In this document: piece after piece, positions 10,767-20,328 of the stretch | How the letters are laid out: each line of letters opens with the position of its first letter | Position numbering within the stretch: position 1 is the first letter of the stretch | Source: an uncultured bacterium | Lineage (GTDB): Bacteria; Fidelibacterota; Marinisomatia; Marinisomatales; UBA1611 | Length of the DNA stretch: 64,000 nucleotides | Direction of reading: 5' to 3' | Assembly (NCBI GenBank): GCA_943788175.1 | Contig: CALSPG010000007.1 | Location: forward strand, 64,001-128,000 | Position numbers and translations under genes: made by a program | The notes under the pieces: model-generated | The model's input: only the letters and a program-made list of their open reading frames with translations | The model's database searches: none | What the model was told of the DNA's origin: nothing

Positions 10767-12099
10767 CTATTGTAATTATTGATCTTTTAGGAATTGTGAA
10801 AACAGATCTTATTTGATCCCTGTTGTATTTAATTTCAACATCACCATCATTTTTATTCAGTATAATAGTTTGAGTTGAACCTCCATCCTTTTTAATAGAA
10901 GATAGGACTTCTATGTTTTCGTTTGTGTTTACAGAGTTTACAATTTTGTCGCCAGGCATTATAAATCTTGAAAAGTGACCAATGTAGTAATACGAACTTT
11001 GGTATAGTAATTCTTGAGACTTTGTATCAACAATTATCGGAGCACTACAATAGTTTCCAACGTGATTTGGGCCTCCTTTTTCATTTAAAATTAGATTCCA
11101 ATCTATCCACGCCACTGTCCACCTGTTTAAATCATTAATTATTGAAGTAGCATATCGCTCCCCTAAATCCCAAGAACCAATATGGGGACCACCTTCTTGA
11201 CATCCTTCTGTAAAAATCAATTGTTTGTCTGGAAATTCATCGTGGACTTGTTGCACATTATCAAAATGGTCACCACAATACCAGTGAAATCCTGTGCCCC
11301 ATACATATTTTGCTGCTTTAGGGTCACTCAAAACTGTTCTAGCTCTTTTGACCATTATATCTCTGTTATGGTCCCAGATTATAACTTTTTTATTTAATAG
11401 ATTGTGTCTTTCGAGCGATGGGCCTAAATGGTTTTTGATAAAATCTCTTTCTTCCTCTGCTGTGTATAAGCATGAGTCCCATGTTTGCTTGGCTTCAGGT
11501 TCATTTTGAACAGACAAACCCCACATCGGGATTCCTTCGTTTTCGTAGTGTTCTATAAACTTACAATAGTAGTCAGCCCAGATATCTCTATATTCATCTT
11601 TTAGTTTTCCACCGAAATTCATTTCACCGGTTGTTTTCATCCAAGCTGGTGGACTCCAAGGGGAGGCCATTATTCTAATTTTATTTTTTCTCTTTTGGAG
11701 TGCATCTTTTATTAGTGGGATTAAAGATATTCTATTTCTAGCTAATGAAAATGTATTTAGCTCTGGATCATTCTCTTTTTCAACATGGGCATAATTACCC
11801 AATGAAAAATCACAACTATTAATATGCGTTCTAGCCATACTGTACTTATTCCCATCATCTCCAAAATAAGCTTCAATGATTTCTTCTTTTTTACTCTGAT
11901 CTAGTTCTTTGTATATGCTAGATGAGGACTCTGTAAAGGAACCCCCAAAACCCAAAATTTCTTGGCGAACTTTATGGGTTTCTACAGTTAGCTCTGAACT
12001 TATATTAGCATTTTTATTAGATATTTCTTTTGGTGATATTTGAAAAATTCTATCAGATGAGTTTTTTGAAGTAATAAAGAGTTTTAGGTTGTCGTTCAT
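10750..12099 (-). CDS. GH30 glycoside hydrolase (likely beta-1,6-glucosidase/debranching)
   Basis: GFGGSFTE, ASPWSPPAWMKT, QNEP acid/base, FTEGCQE nucleophile, GHFSRFI; no signal peptide. Confidence 0.92.
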   Translation of the reverse strand: MNDNLKLFITSKNSSDRIFQISPKEISNKNANISSELTVETHKVRQEILGFGGSFTESSSSIYKELDQSKKEEIIEAYFGDDGNKYSMARTHINSCDFSLGNYAHVEKENDPELNTFSLARNRISLIPLIKDALQKRKNKIRIMASPWSPPAWMKTTGEMNFGGKLKDEYRDIWADYYCKFIEHYENEGIPMWGLSVQNEPEAKQTWDSCLYTAEEERDFIKNHLGPSLERHNLLNKKVIIWDHNRDIMVKRARTVLSDPKAAKYVWGTGFHWYCGDHFDNVQQVHDEFPDKQLIFTEGCQEGGPHIGSWDLGERYATSIINDLNRWTVAWIDWNLILNEKGGPNHVGNYCSAPIIVDTKSQELLYQSSYYYIGHFSRFIMPGDKIVNSVNTNENIEVLSSIKKDGGSTQTIILNKNDGDVEIKYNRDQIRSVFTIPKRSIITIVDKHI

Positions 12100-12106
12100 C
12101 TTTTAC

Positions 12107-13465
12107 TCATTTTTGTGATTTAAGAAAGTTTTGGTACCAGTAGTAGCTTTCTTTAGGTACTCTTTCAAGTGATTCGAAATCAACCCAAATCAAACCAAAC
12201 CTTTGACTATAGCCCTCTGCCCATTCAAAATTATCCATTAAAGACCAGGCAAAATATCCAGTACATGGAATGCCTTCATCAACAGCTAATAGTATTTGTT
12301 CAATATGTGAGCGGTGATATTCTACTCTTTTAATATCGTTAACTTTATTATTCTTATCTGGGGCATCTCCATAAGAGCATCCATTTTCAGTAATCATAAT
12401 TTCATTAACGTTATATTCATCTTGTAATCTTTTTAATAGATCGTAGATACCTCTTGGGTATACTTCCCACCCAAAATCTGTTTTTGGCCCCATGGGTATT
12501 TTGTGATTTTCATTTAGTTTTTCATCAATACTTTCATCTCTAATAACCGCTCTACTATAATAATTAACACCCAAAAAATCAGTTGGTGTAGATATTATTT
12601 TCAAATCTCCTTCTTGAATAAAGTTTAGATCAGATTGTTTGATAGCTTCTTTTTCTAATAAACGATCAAATAATAATTCTGGATATTTTTGTTTATATAA
12701 TGGATCAAGGTATAGCCGATTAAATTGAGCATCATAAAAAGCACATTCTTTTTTATCATATTCACTGTCAGAAGCCGGGATGGCTGTGTTTAGATTTAGA
12801 GTAATACCTACTTTTGCATTTTTAACATTACTTTTTATTTCTGGAACTGCTTTTCCATGAGAAAGTAATAGGTGATGTGCTGTATGAAGACTCTTCGCCC
12901 ACTCATTTTTTAACCCAGGTGGCTTTCTGCCTTCTACATAGCCTAAAAAACTTATGCACCATGGTTCATTATGAGTAATCCAGTTAGAAACACGATCACC
13001 TAAGCCCCTGCTTAGATAGTGGCTATATTTTACAAACTGCTCTACCATATCACGGTTTGTCCACCCGCCTAAATCTTCTAAGCCTTGCGGTATGTCCCAG
13101 TGGTTAAGAGTTACAAACGGTGTTATATCATTCTCTAGTAGTTCATCAACTAAGCGATCATAAAAATCCATCCCTGGCTGATTTACTTTATCCTCTGTTC
13201 CAATTGGGAATATTCTTGGCCAAGAGATTGAGAACCTGTATGAATCAACACCCAGGTCTTTCATTAGTTTTATATCTTCTGGAAATCGATGGTAATGGTC
13301 ACACGCAATATCTCCATTGTCACCATTTTTAACTCTTCCCTTTGAATGGCTGAACACATCCCAAACTGATGGGCCACGCCCATGCAGGTCGTGTGCCCCT
13401 TCAATTTGATAACTCGAAGTGGCAATCCCCCATCTAAAATCATTTTTCTTCTTAGTTTTTTTCAT
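12107..13465 (-). CDS. GH1 beta-glucosidase
   Basis: FRWGIATSSYQIEG, YRFSISWPRI, THNEP, ITENG, WSLMDNFEWAEGY. Confidence 0.96.
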   Translation of the reverse strand: MKKTKKKNDFRWGIATSSYQIEGAHDLHGRGPSVWDVFSHSKGRVKNGDNGDIACDHYHRFPEDIKLMKDLGVDSYRFSISWPRIFPIGTEDKVNQPGMDFYDRLVDELLENDITPFVTLNHWDIPQGLEDLGGWTNRDMVEQFVKYSHYLSRGLGDRVSNWITHNEPWCISFLGYVEGRKPPGLKNEWAKSLHTAHHLLLSHGKAVPEIKSNVKNAKVGITLNLNTAIPASDSEYDKKECAFYDAQFNRLYLDPLYKQKYPELLFDRLLEKEAIKQSDLNFIQEGDLKIISTPTDFLGVNYYSRAVIRDESIDEKLNENHKIPMGPKTDFGWEVYPRGIYDLLKRLQDEYNVNEIMITENGCSYGDAPDKNNKVNDIKRVEYHRSHIEQILLAVDEGIPCTGYFAWSLMDNFEWAEGYSQRFGLIWVDFESLERVPKESYYWYQNFLKSQK

Positions 13466-13513
13466 AATAGTATTTACTTTTAGTTTGTTATGTCGTTAAG
13501 TCATCTAGGAGAA

Positions 13514-13882
13514 TTAACTTAGATTAATTCTTTTATGTTTTTCTATTGGGCCTTGTATTAGGTCTTCAGATTTGCTTCGTTCAATTACTGTTCCACCCGC
13601 TTTATTTCTTTCTTTTTTATTTTTCCATTTGTAGTCTGTTTTAAACCAAGGAACCCAATTGTCCTTAATGGGATTGTATGTACACAGCAGGTCGTAAATA
13701 CCTCCTTTGGTTGGCCAACGAGGTATTGTTGGTTGGTCAGGTTCAAAATTTTTAACCCAGGATATGAAGTTTTTTTGATAAATAACCAATCCATCTCTTT
13801 TCCTATTTGATGACTCACCTCTGCAATTTTCGGAAATGGTAGACATAATTAAAACAATAATTAACTTTAAAGAGATAATCAT
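13514..13882 (-). CDS. Hypothetical small protein with N-terminal hydrophobic segment
   Basis: ATGA overlap with the stop of the upstream GH16 gene (translational coupling); fills the gap in the operon; no recognised motif. Confidence 0.55.
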   Translation of the reverse strand: MIISLKLIIVLIMSTISENCRGESSNRKRDGLVIYQKNFISWVKNFEPDQPTIPRWPTKGGIYDLLCTYNPIKDNWVPWFKTDYKWKNKKERNKAGGTVIERSKSEDLIQGPIEKHKRINLS

Positions 13883-15150
13883 GGTTTTTTCTTATATACT
13901 CTAAAATGTTCTATTTCCATCTTGGTTGGGAATGCGTTGTCATCAATACCTTTAATTCCTCCCCAATTGCCACCGATAGCTATGTTCAATATAAAATGGA
14001 ATTTTTCATCAAAAGGCCATCTTTCCCAGGGTTGATTGTTTTTAGAGTAGGAGAATATTAATTTATCATCTACAAAAGTCTTAATCTGTTTTTCATCCCA
14101 TTCTAGTATGTAGTTTTTAAAGGTACTGATTACATCGTCAACGACGATGTGTTTTGTTTGGTCGGAATTAGAAAGGTCCCCATGGTGTGCAATATTATGA
14201 ACCGAAGAAACAATATGGCCTTCGTCAAAACCTACATGTTCTAGTACATCTATTTCTCCGCTATTTGGCCAATTACCATGCTTCCAATCGGTAGGTAGTC
14301 CCCAAAAAGCAGCCCATGTTCCAATTCCTCTTGGAAGTTTTGCTCTTATTTCAAATCTGCCATATTTCCAGCTCTTTTTTGTTTTTATTCTAGAACTAGT
14401 GTATTTAGATCCATAAAAATCTTCTTTTAATGCCTCAATGATTAGCTTCCCGTTTTTAATTCTAACATTCTTCAGGTCATCCGTGTAATACTGAGCCTCA
14501 TTATTCCCCCATCCTCCTCCTGTAACCCAGTTTAACTCTTTGTCAATTCTAGTTATAGGTTGTTTGTTTTTAGATGGTTTAAGCTTTTTATTTCTATAGT
14601 ATGTTCCTTCAAGCCCAGGCATCCCATTTTTAGTTGTGAGGTTGGGCCCCGAGATTAACCTTTTGGTAAAATTTTCACTTTCCCAGCCTAAAATCATTGC
14701 TTCGCCACCACTGTCTTCAAAATATTCGATTACTATTGGATATTTTTTGTTACCTTGAAGCGTTATTGTGCCTTTATTTTCTGTTGCAGGCTGAGCTTTC
14801 CAGTTATTGATTATGTTTTTGCCGTCGATAAAAAGCCGAACACCGTCATCTGATATTGTATAAAAAGTATATTTTGAGCTTTCATCTATTTTAATTTGAC
14901 CTTCCCAGCGAACTGAAAAATTATCACTTGGGAAGTCTTTTGGTGCGAAATATGGTGAGCTTATACCATACTCTTTGAATGAAGGTGCTCCTGTCCCAAT
15001 GTCGAACGCCCAGCTTGAAAGATCAATGTTTTTATTACTAAACTCATCTGACCAAACTAGGTTCCAGTCGTTAATGTTTTTGTTTTCTTCTTTGCATGAG
15101 TTCAGAAAAAAGGTTAGGGCAATCAAAAGCAAAGTAGATAAAAGGTGCAT
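13879..15150 (-). CDS. GH16 laminarinase-type lipoprotein with inserted PA14 domain
   Basis: Lipobox LNSC; PA14 motifs DNFSVRWEG, SDDGVRLFIDG, IEYFE; GH16 GWGNNEAQYYT and EIDVLE. Confidence 0.9.
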   Translation of the reverse strand: MHLLSTLLLIALTFFLNSCKEENKNINDWNLVWSDEFSNKNIDLSSWAFDIGTGAPSFKEYGISSPYFAPKDFPSDNFSVRWEGQIKIDESSKYTFYTISDDGVRLFIDGKNIINNWKAQPATENKGTITLQGNKKYPIVIEYFEDSGGEAMILGWESENFTKRLISGPNLTTKNGMPGLEGTYYRNKKLKPSKNKQPITRIDKELNWVTGGGWGNNEAQYYTDDLKNVRIKNGKLIIEALKEDFYGSKYTSSRIKTKKSWKYGRFEIRAKLPRGIGTWAAFWGLPTDWKHGNWPNSGEIDVLEHVGFDEGHIVSSVHNIAHHGDLSNSDQTKHIVVDDVISTFKNYILEWDEKQIKTFVDDKLIFSYSKNNQPWERWPFDEKFHFILNIAIGGNWGGIKGIDDNAFPTKMEIEHFRVYKKKP

Positions 15151-15171
15151 AGCTTTATAAAATTGTAGAAA

Positions 15172-16182
15172 CTATACTTTAGTACTATTTCGTATAATAA
15201 TGTTTACAGGTATCATTGAAACTTGCCCAATAATCTCCTCTTTTTCAGATACCATATTCTCTATAGTTCGAATTGCCTGTTTCCCTAAATTTGCAAAATT
15301 TGTAGATATAGAAGTCAGTTCAGGGGTAATGGATTCACAAAAAGATAAATTATCGAAACCTGCTATTATAAAATCTTCTGGTATTTTGTAACCATGTTCG
15401 TTCGCAGCTTTCATAAACCCAAAACAAGAATGGTCATTGCAGCCAAATATTGCAATTTTGCTTAGTCCTTTATTTTTAAAATCAAGGAAGGCTTCACTCC
15501 CGGACTGACTTGAAAAATCACCTTCAAACCTCCACACAAGATCAAGAGATTCTCTTTCATTAATATGATCTATAAAACCATTTTTCCGGAAGGATGAATC
15601 CATCGCGTTTCTTGGCCCGGTGATTACGCCCACGTTTGTATACCCAACTTCTTCAAAATGCTTTGCTATCATATACCCGCCGCTGTAAGAATCAAAAGAA
15701 ACTGTATTTACTTTTAAATTTTTTCCTGAGATTAAAGATACAATTGGATAGGTACCTACACCTTCCTTTATTGCGGTATAGCTTTCTTTTTCGAGTCCAG
15801 GAAGAAAAAGACAAAGACCACTATATTTTTTACTCAATTTAATAATAAAGTCCACAGGGTCATCTTGCCAATTGTAATTATCATCTACTCGAGCATCAAT
15901 ATTTATGAAAACAATATCTGATTTTGAATCTCTCGTTGCTTTATGAAGTCCATGGAAAAGTGAGGAGTAAAACTCACCTTGTCTTATTTCGGTTATTAGG
16001 GCGATGGTTGTTTTTTCAGAGGCATCAGACTCTCCGATGAACGGGTATCCTAGTTTGCGAGCTGCGGCATAAATTTTTTCCTCATTAATTGAGTACTTTC
16101 TTTTTTTGCGTCTAAGCGCTCTTGATACAGTGGCTATTGATAACCCAGTATCGTCAGAAACTTGTTTTAGAGTTGCTCTCAT
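15172..16182 (-). CDS. LacI/GalR family transcriptional regulator
   Basis: N-terminal HTH TLKQVS..TGLSIATVSRAL; sugar-binding domain with IPEDFIIAGFDN and PELTSI. Confidence 0.92.
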   Translation of the reverse strand: MRATLKQVSDDTGLSIATVSRALRRKKRKYSINEEKIYAAARKLGYPFIGESDASEKTTIALITEIRQGEFYSSLFHGLHKATRDSKSDIVFINIDARVDDNYNWQDDPVDFIIKLSKKYSGLCLFLPGLEKESYTAIKEGVGTYPIVSLISGKNLKVNTVSFDSYSGGYMIAKHFEEVGYTNVGVITGPRNAMDSSFRKNGFIDHINERESLDLVWRFEGDFSSQSGSEAFLDFKNKGLSKIAIFGCNDHSCFGFMKAANEHGYKIPEDFIIAGFDNLSFCESITPELTSISTNFANLGKQAIRTIENMVSEKEEIIGQVSMIPVNIIIRNSTKV

Positions 16183-16225
16183 TTATATTTCTTATTTTTT
16201 AATTTTATGATTTATTGCCCTGTTA

Positions 16226-16332
16226 AAAATATGCTGATATTTTAAATATTGCAAATTTTTTTCATTATTTTGAAAAAAAATATGAAAAAATATGAAAAAA
16301 TATTGCATTTTTGGTAGAATGTGGATTATGTT
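16226..16332. promoter_or_regulatory. Divergent promoter region with two inverted 15-bp candidate operators
   Basis: TGCAAATTTTTTTCA (16250-16264) and TGAAAAAATATTGCA (16293-16307) are inverted copies matching at 13/15; extended -10-like TGGTAGAAT at 16312-16320; lies between lacI and the rightward operon. Confidence 0.5.
16271..16302. repeat. Short tandem repeat TG(A)6-8TA x3
   Basis: tgaaaaaaaata-tgaaaaaata-tgaaaaaata read directly. Confidence 0.75.
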
Positions 16333-16415
16333 TTAAACATCATAAAATATTCTTAGTCTAATTTATGTCATCAAGGTAAGAATACTTTTTTAAATGAAAA
16401 AAGAAGGAAAGTAAT

Positions 16416-19400
16416 ATGAGCAAAAAGATATCGTTTTTCACTCTAATCTTTGTCCCTTTATTATCATTTGGTCAAATGCAGATAAATAGTTTCGATTCTG
16501 AGCCAGCTGATAGTACATACTGGGGATATGAAATTTCAGAAAATGCTGACAGTACAAAGAGTTTTGTAAATATCAGCTATATAACAGACCAAGCTGCCGA
16601 AGGGTCAAGTGCAATGCAACTTGAATATAGTGGTCACAACAGTGAGTCATGGGGTGGTTATGCAAAAATTGAGCATTATGCTCGTCAACCACTTCCTCCG
16701 GATACAACTGGTGGTGGAGGAACTGGACCTGGTATAGTTGATGGTTCTTCTATTATTTTTTCTGGCACTTTTGGTGGAAGTCAGGTAGATACTACAACGA
16801 TGACCTACACCAATCCTACTGGTTCAGAAAGCTGGGCTGGTTTTGCTAATGAAGACACTACATTTTACCCTTTTAGTTTCCCTGGTGGGGGGGCTATTAC
16901 TTTTATGGGTTCTACCGCTGGAACAGATGTTGATGTTAATTTTCGTTTTGAATATCAACCTCATCCAAATGTAGATCCATCGTATAATACAGCTAGTATA
17001 ACTATTTCTGGAACAGACCGACAGCCTTATACTGTCCAAATTCCTCCTCAAGGCAGCAACACTTACAGCTCATTTTTGTTATATGTGAACACTCTGGATG
17101 CTCCTGTAACAATTACACATGTCCATGTGCATGAGGGAATTATTTTTTCTGGCACTTTTGGTGGAAGTCAGGTAGATACTACAACGATGACCTACACCAA
17201 TCCTACTGGTTCAGAAAGCTGGGCTGGTTTTGCTAATGAAGATGCTTCAGTATTTCCATTTTCATTTCCAAATGGAGGACATGTTCAGTTCATGGGTTCT
17301 ACCGCTGGAACAGATGTTGATGTTAATTTTCGTTTTGAATATCAACCTCATCCAAATGTAGATCCATCATACAATACTGCGAGTGTAACTGTATCTGGAA
17401 CAGATCCACAGGCTTACACGGTTGAAGTCCCATCGCAAGGTGCAAACACATTCAGCTCATTTTTGTTATATGTGAACACTCTGGATGCTGCTGTAACAAT
17501 TACACATGTTCATGTGCATGAGAATCCTCCCCCAATGACAGACATTATTTTTTCTGGCACTTTTGGTGGAAGTCAGGTAGATACTACAACGATGACCTAC
17601 ACCAATCCTACTGGTTCAGAAAGCTGGGCTGGTTTTGCTAATGAAGATGCTTCAGTATTTCCATTTTCATTTCCAAATGGAGGACATGTTCAGTTCATGG
17701 GTTCTACCGCTGGAACAGATGTTGATGTTAATTTTCGTTTTGAATATCAACCTCATCCAAATGTAGATCCATCATACAATACTGCGAGTGTAACTGTATC
17801 TGGAACAGATCCACAGGCTTACACGGTTGAAGTCCCATCGCAAGGTGCAAACACATTCAGCTCATTTTTGTTATATGTGAACACTCTGGATGCTGCTGTA
17901 ACAATTACACATGTTCATGTGCATGAGAATTCAGCACCTTCTTTAATTCAAAATAATCAAATTGCTGGTGACTTAACTCAGCAAGATTGGCAGTCAACAC
18001 GGCAAGAAGATGGAACAACTATTTTTTCTATGCAGCGTGAAAATGGAGAGCTTTGGGACTGGTCTGGATATGATAGTATTTCTTTTAAATTTAATAATAC
18101 TATTCCTGCATCAGAGGCAAATAGAATACACCTAAGGTTGAATCTAAGTGATTACGCGGGGGTAGACAGTGTCTACACTGGTTTAGGTGAATATTATTAC
18201 TCTTTCAATTATATTCTAGATAGTGAGCCTGGTTGGAATACGGTTACCATACCATTAGTTAGAAATGACGACTGGAATGGTGGTGGTTTTAATTTAACGG
18301 GCTGGGCTGGTGACACTGATAATTCTGAACTAGACACCTACGCAATAGGTGGTTTCCATCTTGAGTTTTCTGTAGGTGGAGGTGGTGAAGGTGATGTTGT
18401 CAATGGCACTATTCTTCTTGATGATTTTAAGTTAGTTGGTTACAAAGGTGTTGATCTTGTAATCTTTAATGGAATGGCTTCTCCTCCAGAATGGGGCAAC
18501 TCATTTACTTGGGGAGGTGCACAGATATCCGTAACCGAAGGTGGTGGATATATTCCAGGGACTAATGCGCTTACGTATGTTCAGCAAGAATGCTTGGACA
18601 GGTGGTGGTTTTAACATGACTCCTCCTGTCGATCTTCGTGGTGGTGGCGAGTGGAATAGTGATTCAATTTCTTTCTGGATGCAATCAGAAGCAGATGCGC
18701 CTCAGTTAAGATTACAGTTTGAAGGCGGGACTGGTAAAGTTGGAGGAAATTTCACCCCAATAGCAGTTGGTGGTTGGAATCATTATAAGCTTGCACTAAA
18801 AGATTTTGCTTATGTAGATAACACCGCAGACTTTGATACTAGTGCTATTACTGTCTTTCAGATTCTTTCTGAAGGCAATGGTGCAGCAGGGAGAACGTTT
18901 CACTTTGATAATATGTGGACAGGGAATCCTGATATTGATGTAGTTGCTCCGGTTGCTCCTGAAAATGTAAGCGGGATACCAGGTGCTAATTTCAACTTAG
19001 TAACGTGGACAGATATTGATGGAGAAGAAGGTGAGATGTATCATGTTTTTGGTAGTACAAACCCAATTACTGAACTTAATGCTGAAGGTGTTGAATCTAT
19101 TGCAACAAATGTTATCGAAGGCGCTCAAACAGCAACTCATTATTTGGTGTCTCCCTTAGAAGATATGGACGTTACTTATTACTATGCTGTGTTATGTGTT
19201 GATGCCGCTGGTAATATTGGCGCTCCCGGAATAACGAGCTCTCCAGTTACAAATCAGGCAAAAGGAATTCCTACAATATCTCTCGATGTCCCTTCCAATT
19301 TTATTGCTGATGGAGACTTGGGAGAGTGGACAAACAGTGGAATTATGCCTTTTGTAATTAATCCAACAACTGGTGGTGTTTGGTCAAATGTTGATGATGA

Positions 19401-20223
19401 GTCAGACTTAAATGGAACTGTTTATTTAGCAATTGACGATGACTATTTATATTTTGCCGCAGATGTCATTGATGATGATTATCACTTTGGTGAAGGTAAT
19501 TGGTGGGATCAAGACGCTCTTCAATTGTTTCTAGGTTTATATGATTCAAGGGGTCCAAAACATTCAGCAATAAAAAGAGGTGAAGAGCCTGATTATGTAA
19601 TTTATGCGAATGAAAACACATTGCAATTAGACAATCCTGGAAATGTGAGTATAGGTAACTCTGATGAAGAACATTATCACTTTGAAATGTTCGATCCAGA
19701 TTATGTTGTAGAGGGTAAGATTTCTCTAGATACTCTTGCTGCATTATCAGGAGACCAAAGGTTTCATCCAGCTAATGGAATGAAAGTACCAATTGATATT
19801 TACTTTCATGATAATGATAATGGAACTTGGGAAGGTAATGTTGGTTACTCAACGCTTTCGAATGATCAACAGTGGAATAATCCAGGTGAGTGGTCATTTA
19901 CATGGATTGGTGATCGGTCTACAGTACTAGGAAACGATAATGAAGCACCGATTGCTCCTGAAGTATTCGCGCTTTACCCAAATTATCCTAACCCATTTAA
20001 CCCTGTTACAAATATCAACTTTTCACTTCCTGAGAACCAGAAGGTAAATCTTGGTATTTACAGTGTTACAGGTAGATTAGTTGAAAGCTTATTAAATGAA
20101 GACAGGGTCTCTGGTTTCCATTCAGTACAGTGGAATGCGGGAAGACATGCTTCAGGCGTTTATTTTTATCGATTAGATGCTGGGGCTAATTCAAAAACTC
20201 AAAAAATGATTTTATTAAAATAA
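16416..20223 (+). pseudogene. Large secreted multi-module glycan-binding protein (CBM-like domains, 3 tandem repeats, CBM9/DOMON-like domain, T9SS-like CTD); split by a +1 frameshift as assembled, probably one intact gene
   Basis: ORF 16416-18614 carries the signal peptide and ORF 18541-20223 the CTD; removing one A at 18589-18590 gives continuous ...LTYVQQDAWTGGGFN...; no catalytic motif recognised. Confidence 0.8.
16752..17930 (+). repeat. Three tandem ~387-bp intragenic repeats (~128-aa module)
   Basis: Copies start at 16752, 17139 and 17544 (ATTATTTTTTCTGGCACTTTTGGTGG...); copies 2 and 3 appear nucleotide-identical over 387 bp; copy 1 is patchily diverged. Confidence 0.97.
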
Positions 20224-20238
20224 ATTCATTTATTTTTT

Positions 20239-20274
20239 AAAAAGAAAGGCAGGATTTTTCCTGCCTTTCTTTTT
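20239..20274 (+). terminator. Intrinsic terminator
   Basis: AAAAAGAAAGGCAGGA-tttt-TCCTGCCTTTCTTTTT perfect 16-bp inverted repeat. Confidence 0.92.
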
Positions 20275-20328
20275 ACTTCAAACTGCGGAACTAATTTATA
20301 TTTACACACACCTTTTTAGTAAAATTTT

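Noticed and set aside
16752-17930. CRISPR array or diversity-generating retroelement TR/VR pair
   Set aside because: Repeats are ~387 bp, in-frame and coding, without spacers; differences are not adenine-specific; no cas or reverse transcriptase gene in the window
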